Assembly (NCBI GenBank): GCA_946535225.1
Contig: CAMNDJ010000001.1
Coordinates: 12,331 to 76,330, forward strand
Direction of reading: 5' to 3'
DNA from: an uncultured Lachnospiraceae bacterium
Lineage (GTDB): Bacteria; Bacillota; Clostridia; Lachnospirales; Lachnospiraceae
Length of the DNA: 64,000 nt
Positions 8,397 through 17,323 of this stretch are shown piece by piece (the stretch's first letter is position 1; the number at the start of each line of letters is the position of its first letter). The position numbers were made by a program, and so were the translations under genes. The notes under the pieces were generated by a model. It saw only the letters and a list, made by a program, of their open reading frames with translations, did no database searches and was not told the origin of the DNA.

Positions 8397-9866
8397 ATGA
8401 GTAAGAAAAAAAGCGATACACCCTATAAAAAAGGTGACATCCTGACAACGGATATCATTGATATGGGAATCAACGGAGAGGGTATAGGCAAAGTTGAAGG
8501 CTATACCCTTTTTATAAAGGATGCTGTTATCGGCGACAGGGTCAGGGTCAGCATAATGAAGCCGGAGCGAAATTATGCCTATGCGCATTTAGACGAAGTG
8601 ATCGTGCCTTCAAAAGACAGGGTCACTCCCGTATGTCCTGTTGCCAGAGCTTGCGGCGGATGCCAGCTTCAGGCCCTGTCTTATCCTGCGCAACTTAAGT
8701 TTAAACAGGAAAAAGTAAGAAATGCGCTGATACGTATCGGCGGATTCTCTGAGGACCACATTGACAGCATTCTTAAACCCATTATGGGAATGGATGAGAC
8801 GCTTCCGACCAGATACAGGAACAAAGCACAGTTCCCGGCAGGAAGGGATAAGGAAGGCAGGATCATCACCGGATTCTATGCCGGTCACAGCCATAATATC
8901 ATTCCGGTTGATGATTGCATGATAAGTGCGCCGGAGTATTCCGGTATAGTGAAAGCCATAGAAGGTCATATGAGAAATTATGACATTTCTCCGTATGACG
9001 AGGCCCATGGTACCGGCCTTGTAAGACATATACTCATCCGTAAGGGATTCAAGACAGGTGAGATAATGGTCTGTCTGATCCTCAATCGTGGTGAGAGCAG
9101 GGACGGGAATTATCTTACATCACAGAATGAGCTCATTGAAAAACTGAGAGAGACAGGGAATGTGACATCTGTGTCAGTAAATCTGAATAGGGCGAACACC
9201 AATGTGATCATGGGGGATGTCACACATACCATATGGGGAGAAGATGTGATACATGACAGCATTGAAGTCGTAGGACGTTCGATCACTTACCGTATATCTC
9301 CGAGATCCTTCTATCAGGTCAATCCCGCACAGACCGACAGACTCTATTCCAAGGCTATGGAGTATGCATCTCTTACCGGAAATGAGACAGTATGGGATCT
9401 TTATTGCGGCACGGGAACGATATCGCTGTTTCTTGCAACAGCAGCAGCCAAAGTATATGGAGTTGAGATCATTCCTGAGGCTATAGAGGATGCGAAACAT
9501 AATGCGGAGGATAACGGGATCGATAATGCGACTTTCCTGGTAGGAAAGGCCGAGGACATAGTCATTCGCCCTTCAGATAGCGGCATTGACAATGAAGATA
9601 ACGGCAGGATCGTTATGAATGAGAGACCGGATGTTGTTGTAGTAGATCCGCCGAGAAAAGGCTGCGATCCTGCACTCATTGAGACCATCACCGAGTCTTC
9701 CCCTGAAAGGGTCGTATACGTCAGCTGTGATCCGGCTACTCTTGCAAGGGATCTTAAGATCATGTGTGAGGCAGGTTATGAATTAAAAGAGGCGACACCC
9801 TGTGATCTCTTTCCGCATACAGTTCATTGTGAGTGTGCGGTTTTATTGCAGAAACAGGAGTCTTGA
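8397..9866 (+). CDS. rlmD: 23S rRNA (uracil-C5)-methyltransferase
   Basis: TRAM domain, C-x5-CGGC, SFYQVN, DLYCGTG, DPPRKG and YVSCDPATLARD. Confidence 0.92.
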   Translation: MSKKKSDTPYKKGDILTTDIIDMGINGEGIGKVEGYTLFIKDAVIGDRVRVSIMKPERNYAYAHLDEVIVPSKDRVTPVCPVARACGGCQLQALSYPAQLKFKQEKVRNALIRIGGFSEDHIDSILKPIMGMDETLPTRYRNKAQFPAGRDKEGRIITGFYAGHSHNIIPVDDCMISAPEYSGIVKAIEGHMRNYDISPYDEAHGTGLVRHILIRKGFKTGEIMVCLILNRGESRDGNYLTSQNELIEKLRETGNVTSVSVNLNRANTNVIMGDVTHTIWGEDVIHDSIEVVGRSITYRISPRSFYQVNPAQTDRLYSKAMEYASLTGNETVWDLYCGTGTISLFLATAAAKVYGVEIIPEAIEDAKHNAEDNGIDNATFLVGKAEDIVIRPSDSGIDNEDNGRIVMNERPDVVVVDPPRKGCDPALIETITESSPERVVYVSCDPATLARDLKIMCEAGYELKEATPCDLFPHTVHCECAVLLQKQES

Positions 9867-9891
9867 ACTCATTAAACGTGATTGGTAGAAT
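9863..9891 (+). promoter_or_regulatory. Sigma-A-like promoter for mutS2, probably leaderless
   Basis: TTGAAC (9863-9868), 17 nt spacer, TAGAAT (9886-9891) with an extended TG. ATG at 9898, no SD. Confidence 0.6.
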
Positions 9892-9897
9892 ACCATT

Positions 9898-12288
9898 ATG
9901 AATCAAAAAGTTCTTACAGTACTTGAATATAATAAGATCATAGAGATGCTCATGGATCATGCGTCGTCGGAACCCGGGAGGGACAAGGCAGCCAAACTGC
10001 AGCCTTCTTCCGATTTAGAACAGATAAGATCCGATCAGAATGAGACAGCGGATGCACTGTCGAGGTTATTGCGCGGCGATAATGTTATATTTTCCGGTAA
10101 CAGACCACTGACGGCCAGCCTTAAGACATTGGAGATAGGTGCAGTTCTTGGTGCGGGAGAATTGCTTAAGATCGCGGACTTTCTTGACAATGTTTCAAGG
10201 GTAAGAGCGTATGGAGCCAGAAAAAACGAGGACGATCTAAGTGACAGTCTGACCCGTTTTTTTGAGGAGTTGGTGTGTTTTGATGCTACAGCCGATTCAA
10301 TACACAGATGCATCATTTCGGAAGATGAGATAGCCGATGATGCATCGCACGATCTGAGAGCGATCAGGCGTGAGATAGGAACTTCGGGAGAGAAGATACA
10401 TAAGCAGCTAAACCAGATAATAAACGGCAGTCTGCGAACCTATCTCCAGGATGCGGTGATCACTCAGCGCGACGGCAGATATTGTATCCCGGTCAAGTCG
10501 GAATACAGGAGTCAGGTCCCGGGGATGATCCATGATCAGTCCGCCACGGGTTCCACTGTATTTATCGAGCCGCAGGCCGTTGTGGAACTCAATAACCGGG
10601 TAAAGCAGCTAAAACTGGATGAACAGAGAGAGATAGAGAAGATACTGAGCGAACTCAGCGCGTCCGTTGCTGTAGACAGAGATATGATAGCCTCAGATCA
10701 GAAGATCATGACGCAGCTCGACTTCATTTTTGCCAAGGGAAGGCTCGCGTTGGAGCAGAATGCGACCAGGCCCGTATTTAATGACAGACATGTCATTAAT
10801 ATCCGCAAGGGCAGGCATCCGCTTTTGGATAAGGACAAGGTCGTACCAATAGACATAAGACTCGGAGACGATTTCGATCTCTTAGTGATCACCGGACCAA
10901 ATACCGGAGGCAAGACGGTATCTCTTAAGACGATCGGGCTTTTAACACTGATGGGTCAGGCAGGACTCCATATTCCGGCAGGTGACAGATCGGAACTGTC
11001 TGTTTTTAAGAAGGTCTATGCGGACATAGGTGATGAACAGAGTATAGAACAGTCTCTGTCTACATTTTCATCTCATATGAAGAATATAGTCGCGATCCTT
11101 AAGAATGCTGATGAGAACAGTCTGTGTCTCTTCGACGAACTGGGGGCAGGTACGGATCCGATAGAAGGTGCGGCACTGGCAACAGCCATACTTGATAATC
11201 TGCACAGACAGAGGATCAGAACTGTTGCGACGACCCATTACAGTGAACTCAAGGTATACGCCCTTACTACCGACGGGGTTGAGAACGGCAGTCAGGAATT
11301 CGATGTAGCTTCCCTTTCTCCGACATACAGACTCCTTATCGGTGTGCCCGGCAAGAGTAATGCGTTTGCCATATCCAAGCGTCTCGGGCTCAGAGATGAT
11401 ATAATAGAAGAAGCCAAGGCGCACATTACAGAGGATAAGGAGAATTTCGAGGATCTCATATCCGATCTGGAAGACAGTCGTCGAAGTATAGAGAAAGAAC
11501 GTGAGGAGATAGCTGACTATAAGGCTCGCATCAAGTCTCATCAGGATGCGCTTGAGCGCAAGAGAGACAAGATAGACAATAACAGGGATGAGATCCTGCG
11601 TAAGGCCAGAGAAGAAGCGGATGAGATCCTTCGTGAAGCCAAAGAAGTGGCGGATGAGACGATCCGAACCTTCAGGGATGCGGAAGCTTCAGTTTCTATG
11701 AAGGAGCTTGAGAAGGCCAGAGACAAGGTGAGGAACAAGCAGAAAGAGAATGCATCGGCTCTTGCGGTTCGCCGTGAGAACAGTTCGGATAAACCTGTGG
11801 ATCCCAAACACCTCAAACTCGGAATGGATGTTAAGATAAGATCCCTCGGACTTAAGGGCACGGTAAGTACTCTTCCCGATGATAAGGGCGATCTGTTCAT
11901 TCAATGTGGGATCATGCGTACGAAGAGTAATATCTCTGATCTGACGATCCTTAAGGACGAATCTGATACGGGCAAAGGCAAGGCGACTAAGGCATCGAAG
12001 AATTCCACAGGTATGGGACGGATCAAGGCGGGCAAATCAATGACCGTTACATCAGAGATCAATCTGCTCGGTAAGACAGTGGATGAGGCTCTGTTTGAAC
12101 TGGACAAGTATCTCGATGATGCTTATCTTGCACACATGCCGAGTGTCAGGATAGTACACGGTAAGGGAACTGGAGCCCTGCGTCAGGCGGTCCAGAACAA
12201 ACTTAAGAAGACTAAATACATAGACAGTTACAGACTGGGAGAATTCGGAGAAGGTGACGCAGGTGTCACAATAGCGACTTTCAAATAG
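9898..12288 (+). CDS. mutS2: MutS2 family protein (ATPase + KOW + Smr)
   Basis: Walker A TGPNTGGKT, IGDEQSIEQSLSTFSSHM, DELGAGTDP, and Smr 'IVHGKGTG...GEGDAGVT'. Confidence 0.95.
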   Translation: MNQKVLTVLEYNKIIEMLMDHASSEPGRDKAAKLQPSSDLEQIRSDQNETADALSRLLRGDNVIFSGNRPLTASLKTLEIGAVLGAGELLKIADFLDNVSRVRAYGARKNEDDLSDSLTRFFEELVCFDATADSIHRCIISEDEIADDASHDLRAIRREIGTSGEKIHKQLNQIINGSLRTYLQDAVITQRDGRYCIPVKSEYRSQVPGMIHDQSATGSTVFIEPQAVVELNNRVKQLKLDEQREIEKILSELSASVAVDRDMIASDQKIMTQLDFIFAKGRLALEQNATRPVFNDRHVINIRKGRHPLLDKDKVVPIDIRLGDDFDLLVITGPNTGGKTVSLKTIGLLTLMGQAGLHIPAGDRSELSVFKKVYADIGDEQSIEQSLSTFSSHMKNIVAILKNADENSLCLFDELGAGTDPIEGAALATAILDNLHRQRIRTVATTHYSELKVYALTTDGVENGSQEFDVASLSPTYRLLIGVPGKSNAFAISKRLGLRDDIIEEAKAHITEDKENFEDLISDLEDSRRSIEKEREEIADYKARIKSHQDALERKRDKIDNNRDEILRKAREEADEILREAKEVADETIRTFRDAEASVSMKELEKARDKVRNKQKENASALAVRRENSSDKPVDPKHLKLGMDVKIRSLGLKGTVSTLPDDKGDLFIQCGIMRTKSNISDLTILKDESDTGKGKATKASKNSTGMGRIKAGKSMTVTSEINLLGKTVDEALFELDKYLDDAYLAHMPSVRIVHGKGTGALRQAVQNKLKKTKYIDSYRLGEFGEGDAGVTIATFK

Positions 12289-12342
12289 AAAAAGAATGAT
12301 CGTACGACGGATAGTATTTCCGCCGGTACAGGAGGACTACAT

Positions 12343-13044
12343 ATGGCAGTAAAACAGAAGATAATGATAGTTGACGATGATGAGAACATTGCAGAACTCA
12401 TAAGCCTCTATCTTACCAAGGAGTGCTTTGATACCCAGATATTCGGTGACGGTGAGTCGGCTATCGCGGGCTTTGATACGTTCATTCCGGATCTTATCCT
12501 GTTGGATCTGATGCTTCCCGGAATAGACGGATATCAGGTCTGCAGAGAGATAAGAGCCAAGAGCCAGACCCCTATCATAATGCTTTCGGCAAAGGGTGAA
12601 GTTTTTGACAAGGTACTCGGCCTTGAGCTCGGGGCTGATGATTATATGGAGAAACCGTTTGACACTAAGGAACTTGTGGCAAGGGTCAAGGCTGTACTGA
12701 GAAGATATAAGACGGTTCCCGAGACAGTTCCGGAGACAACGGTAAAATGTGTTGAGTTTCCTGATCTTACGATCAATCAGACCAACTATTCCGTTATATT
12801 TATGGGTAAGAGCATAGATATGCCGCCCAAGGAATTGGAACTTCTCTTCTTCCTGGCATCATCACCTAATCATGTATTTACAAGAGAGCAGCTCTTAGAT
12901 CAGATATGGGGCTACGAGTATATCGGTGATACCAGGACTGTGGATGTACATATCAAGAGACTCAGAGAGAAACTCGGTGACCATGAGAAGTGGCGTATAG
13001 CGACCATTTGGGGAATAGGATATAAGTTCGAGACGATCGGATGA
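12343..13044 (+). CDS. OmpR/PhoB-family response regulator
   Basis: VDDD, LDLMLP, GADDY, KPF, and winged helix 'RTVDVHIKRLREK...WGIGYKF'. GGAGG RBS. Confidence 0.95.
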   Translation: MAVKQKIMIVDDDENIAELISLYLTKECFDTQIFGDGESAIAGFDTFIPDLILLDLMLPGIDGYQVCREIRAKSQTPIIMLSAKGEVFDKVLGLELGADDYMEKPFDTKELVARVKAVLRRYKTVPETVPETTVKCVEFPDLTINQTNYSVIFMGKSIDMPPKELELLFFLASSPNHVFTREQLLDQIWGYEYIGDTRTVDVHIKRLREKLGDHEKWRIATIWGIGYKFETIG

Positions 13045-13048
13045 TAAT

Positions 13049-14473
13049 ATGAGGAAAACACTCTACCTTAAGTTCATATTTGCATATCTGATATTCGGAG
13101 TGTTCAGCTTCATAATGGTGGCAACCTTTGCATCAAGCATGACAATGGAGCAGTTAAAGAGAGAGAAAGCTGAGATCCTCTACAAAGAAGCGACACTCAT
13201 TGCCAATACATATGCGGCGGATCTGTACACGAATGATATCGGACTGGATACCGTAAAGCATGAACTGGATGCCATTGACATGTATCTGGATTCCGTCATA
13301 TGGATAATCAATCCGTCGGGGCGAATGATCATTGATTCTTCCAAGCCCCTTAATCTTGAGGAAGAGGTGGTTATCGACGGCTTCGATCCAACCGTTATAT
13401 CCGGAGGCTATTATACTACCGGAGACTTCTTCGGCAGTTTCACAGAAGAGATGTTGTCTGTCCTAGCACCCATAACGAACGGGTATAAGGTAAGAGGTTA
13501 TGTGGTCATACATACATCCATGAAATCAATGGAGAGATCCAAGGAGAGTCTTCTGTCGATCTCATATATCCTGATGGTCCTCATCGTTCTGTTGTCCATG
13601 ATCATCCTCATATTCTTTACGGAATTTGTGTATATACCGATACGACGTATCACGGATGCGACCGAGCAGTATGCTGCCGGAAATATGCATTATGAGTTTA
13701 CGGTCGATTCCGATGATGAGATAGGATATCTGGCATCTGCGCTGCAGTATATGGCCAGTGAGATAAGCAAGGCAGAAGATAATCAGAAAAAATTCGTTGC
13801 TAACGTATCACACGATTTCCGTTCGCCCTTAACATCGATCAAAGGTTATCTCGAAGCCATGATAGACGGTACGATCCCTCCCGAGATGCATGAGAAATAT
13901 CTTGGGATAGTACTTAATGAAACGGACAGACTGACCAAACTGACCAATTCGCTTCTTACTCTTAACAATCTCGGCGTGAGAGGCGTGGTACTTGAGAAGA
14001 CCGTATTCGATATCAATCAGGTTATAAGAGATACTGCAGCATCCGCTGAAGTACAGTTGATGAACAAAAACATCTCGATGGAACTCGTGCTCACCGGAGA
14101 TGAGATGCCTGTCATAGCGGATCTGGGCAAGATACAGCAGGTGCTGTACAATCTCCTTGATAATGCCATCAAATTCTCGCATCATGACGGACATATCAAG
14201 ATCGAGACTACGGAGAAGCATCAGAAGGTATTTGTCTCTGTCAAGGATAACGGGATAGGCATTCCCAAGGACAGTCTTAAGCTCATATGGGACAGGTTCT
14301 ACAAGACCGATCTTTCACGAGGCAAGGACAAAAAAGGAACGGGACTTGGGCTGTCGATCACTAAAGAGATCATCAATGCCCACGACGAACACATCAATGT
14401 CATTTCTACCGAAGGAGTCGGAACGGAATTCATATTTTCATTGCCTGTTGCGGAGGACGACGAAGAATACTGA
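13049..14473 (+). CDS. Sensor histidine kinase (2 TM, HAMP, HisKA, HATPase)
   Basis: H-box SHDFRSPLT, N-box NLLDNAIKF, DNGIGI and GTGLGL. Confidence 0.95.
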   Translation: MRKTLYLKFIFAYLIFGVFSFIMVATFASSMTMEQLKREKAEILYKEATLIANTYAADLYTNDIGLDTVKHELDAIDMYLDSVIWIINPSGRMIIDSSKPLNLEEEVVIDGFDPTVISGGYYTTGDFFGSFTEEMLSVLAPITNGYKVRGYVVIHTSMKSMERSKESLLSISYILMVLIVLLSMIILIFFTEFVYIPIRRITDATEQYAAGNMHYEFTVDSDDEIGYLASALQYMASEISKAEDNQKKFVANVSHDFRSPLTSIKGYLEAMIDGTIPPEMHEKYLGIVLNETDRLTKLTNSLLTLNNLGVRGVVLEKTVFDINQVIRDTAASAEVQLMNKNISMELVLTGDEMPVIADLGKIQQVLYNLLDNAIKFSHHDGHIKIETTEKHQKVFVSVKDNGIGIPKDSLKLIWDRFYKTDLSRGKDKKGTGLGLSITKEIINAHDEHINVISTEGVGTEFIFSLPVAEDDEEY

Positions 14474-14576
14474 TAATCAATATTTTTCGGTTTTTTTATT
14501 GAAAATTTACTTGCCCCGTTGCGTGCTCTGTAGTAATATATGACAAGATGAATACAATCCATATGGAGGAGAGATC

Positions 14577-14783
14577 ATGAATTCAAGAGAGATTCTTTTA
14601 AAGCTCAGAGAAGATACAGGAATGAACAGAAGACAGTTTGCGGAATACTTCGGAATCCCATACAGGACCATACAGGATTGGGAGTTAGGCAACCGCAAGA
14701 TGCCTGAATACCTCCTCAGGCTTATGGTGTACAAGGCAAACATGGAGAAACTTGTTAAGCCTGACAGTAAGAGTAAGAAATAA
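14577..14783 (+). CDS. Small XRE-family helix-turn-helix protein
   Basis: 'LREDTGMNRRQFAEYFGIPYRTIQDWELGNR' is an HTH_3 pattern. GGAGGAG RBS. Confidence 0.85.
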   Translation: MNSREILLKLREDTGMNRRQFAEYFGIPYRTIQDWELGNRKMPEYLLRLMVYKANMEKLVKPDSKSKK

Positions 14784-14793
14784 CGAGATCACC

Positions 14794-15732
14794 ATGAGAA
14801 GATCATTAATGAGGATATGCACCCTTGTATGCATATCCTTATCTTTATTATGTGTGTCGTGTGGAAAGCATAAGAGCGAAGACCATCTTAAAGTACATGA
14901 GATCACACATTCCATTGGCCTTGATAAACCGATGGATATCATATTCATAGCGGATACTCACATTTCTTTATGCGATGAGAGAGACAGTGCGGTCTCTGAT
15001 AATGCCGCCTTAAGATATCAGTCATTTCTGTCGCCGGACGGACTTCATTCGGATGAGATGTTTGCGGAAGAAATGGACTACGTTAAAGACATGTCTCCGG
15101 ATTTGCTTATATTGGGCGGAGATATCATAGACTCTGCCATGTATGCATCAATAGAATATGTGGATAAGGCGCTTAAGGATACCGGTGTGGAATACATATA
15201 CGGGATGGGTAATCACGATTTTGAGTATGGTCAGGAGTACTATTCAGATGTCGCCTACTCGGAATACCTCCCGAGATTATCGGCTGTAAGCGGGACTGAT
15301 AACGGCTTTCAGACAAGAGAATATGACGAATGTGTCATAATGGTAGTCGATGATGACAATAATCAGGTCACCCGGGGAGCCCTTGACAAACTTAAGGAGT
15401 TATCCGAACAGGACAAACCGGTTATCCTGTGTACCCATGTGCCTATTGAGCCTGATACAGAGTACTCAAAGGAACTGATGGACAGATCCATAGAGGCGTG
15501 GGGAGCATATGACGACGGAAGGTCGAGAGTATTGCTCGGAGATCACGGATGTATTCCCAATGATGTTACGAGGCAGTTCATTGATATCGTAAAGGATCCT
15601 GAAGGACCGGTGAGACTGGTGATGTCAGGACATGTTCATTTCCATGATGAGAGCAGTCTGACAGAAGGACTTACGCAGGTGATCACGGGCGCCGGATATG
15701 AAGGAGAACTGATACATCTTAGACTTGAGTGA
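14794..15732 (+). CDS. Calcineurin-like metallophosphoesterase, probable lipoprotein
   Basis: DTH, GGD, GNHD and GHVH metal motifs. Lipobox-like 'CVSC' after the hydrophobic N-terminus if started at ATG 14794. Confidence 0.85.
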   Translation: MRRSLMRICTLVCISLSLLCVSCGKHKSEDHLKVHEITHSIGLDKPMDIIFIADTHISLCDERDSAVSDNAALRYQSFLSPDGLHSDEMFAEEMDYVKDMSPDLLILGGDIIDSAMYASIEYVDKALKDTGVEYIYGMGNHDFEYGQEYYSDVAYSEYLPRLSAVSGTDNGFQTREYDECVIMVVDDDNNQVTRGALDKLKELSEQDKPVILCTHVPIEPDTEYSKELMDRSIEAWGAYDDGRSRVLLGDHGCIPNDVTRQFIDIVKDPEGPVRLVMSGHVHFHDESSLTEGLTQVITGAGYEGELIHLRLE

Positions 15733-15784
15733 CTGATTCGAAGGTCACATTTGATCAGAAGTAAACGGTTGAGGAGAGTATATC

Positions 15785-17272
15785 ATGAAGATCGGATTTG
15801 ATAATGAGAAATATCTGAAGATGCAATCAGAGCATATCAGGGAAAGGATAGACGAATTCAAGGGTAAGCTCTATCTGGAGTTCGGAGGTAAGCTCTTTGA
15901 TGATTTCCACGCATCCAGAGTTCTTCCCGGGTTTGAACCTGACAGTAAGCTCAAGATGCTGCTTCAGTTGCGAGATCAGGCCGAGATCGTCATAGCGGTC
16001 AGCGCGGAAGACATCGAAGAAGGCAAAGTCAGAGGCGACTATGGCATCACCTATGACATGGATGTATTAAGACTAATGGACGCATTCCAGGGAATCGGTC
16101 TGTATGTGGGCAGCATCGTCATAACCAAATATGCGGCTCAGGGTTCGGCAGATCAGTTCATTTCCAAATGTGATGAGATGGGTATACGTACCTACAGACA
16201 TTACAAGATACCGGGCTATCCTTCGGATGTGGACAAGATCGTGAGCGATGAAGGATACGGAAGGAATGAATATATAGAGACAACGAGGCCTCTTGTGGTC
16301 GTTACCGCACCGGGACCGGGTTCGGGAAAGATGGCGACCTGTCTCTCGCAGCTTTACCATGAGCATAAGAGGGGTATTGATGCCGGATACGCCAAGTTCG
16401 AGACATTCCCGATATGGAATCTTCCTCTGAAGCATCCGGTCAATATGGCTTATGAGGCAGCGACGGCCGATCTTAATGATGTCAATATGATCGATCCTTT
16501 CCATCTGGAGGCTTACGGGGAGACTACAGTCAATTACAACAGAGATGTAGAGATATTCCCGGTACTCAACGCCATATTTACGCAGATACTCGGTGAGAGC
16601 CCGTACAAGTCACCGACAGACATGGGTGTCAATATGGCGGGTAATTGCATAATCGATGATGATATATGCAGGCAGGCTTCGGAGCAGGAGATCATCCGCA
16701 GATATTACCAGTGCCTGTGCGATCTTAAGAGAGGCAAGGATTGCAAGTCGGATCTGTACAAGCTTGAACTGATCATGAAGCAGGCCTATCTGTCACCTGA
16801 AGACAGGCCGGTGGTAGGTGCAGCACTTGCAAGGGAAGAGGCTACGGGACATCCGGCTGCGGCAATAGAGCTGCCGGACGGGACCCTTGTTACCGGCAAG
16901 ACAACAGATCTTTTGGGAGCATCTGCAGCGGTGCTGCTCAATTCTCTTAAGGAACTTGCGGGGATAGATCATGAACTTCATCTTGTAGCTCCGGAGGCGA
17001 TCGAACCCATACAGAGACTTAAGACGGGTTATCTGGGAAGCCGTAATCCGAGACTTCATACAGATGAGATCCTGATCGCACTGTCAATGTCAGCTGCTAA
17101 TGACAGGGACGCAGAGCTTGCCCTTAATCAGATCCCTAAGTTAAGAGGACTTGAAGCGCATTCGTCAGTGCTTCTCTCGAGCGTTGATGAGCAGACGTTC
17201 AAAAGACTTGGGTTAAGGCTGACATGCGAGCCCAAATATGAGGAGAAGAACAAGAAGTATCACAAACACTAA
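15785..17272 (+). CDS. DUF1846/UPF0371 family P-loop protein
   Basis: MKIGFDNEKY, LYLEFGGKLFDD, P-loop APGPGSGK and GYAKFETFP. Confidence 0.9.
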   Translation: MKIGFDNEKYLKMQSEHIRERIDEFKGKLYLEFGGKLFDDFHASRVLPGFEPDSKLKMLLQLRDQAEIVIAVSAEDIEEGKVRGDYGITYDMDVLRLMDAFQGIGLYVGSIVITKYAAQGSADQFISKCDEMGIRTYRHYKIPGYPSDVDKIVSDEGYGRNEYIETTRPLVVVTAPGPGSGKMATCLSQLYHEHKRGIDAGYAKFETFPIWNLPLKHPVNMAYEAATADLNDVNMIDPFHLEAYGETTVNYNRDVEIFPVLNAIFTQILGESPYKSPTDMGVNMAGNCIIDDDICRQASEQEIIRRYYQCLCDLKRGKDCKSDLYKLELIMKQAYLSPEDRPVVGAALAREEATGHPAAAIELPDGTLVTGKTTDLLGASAAVLLNSLKELAGIDHELHLVAPEAIEPIQRLKTGYLGSRNPRLHTDEILIALSMSAANDRDAELALNQIPKLRGLEAHSSVLLSSVDEQTFKRLGLRLTCEPKYEEKNKKYHKH

Positions 17273-17323
17273 GGAGGTCTTATTACCGGAGTCATGAAGT
17301 GCCCGGTATGACTGGAGGATATT

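Noticed and set aside
9820-9897. rlmD 3' end as an ICE/genomic-island integration site
   Set aside because: A known hotspot in Firmicutes, but here mutS2 follows after 31 nt with no integrase or att duplication visible.
17273-17323. Interleaved short inverted repeats (TACCGG/CCGGTA, AGTCA/TGACT) before the ftsH RBS, suggesting a pseudoknot or thermometer
   Set aside because: The stems are only 5-6 bp with zero-length connecting loops; could arise by chance.
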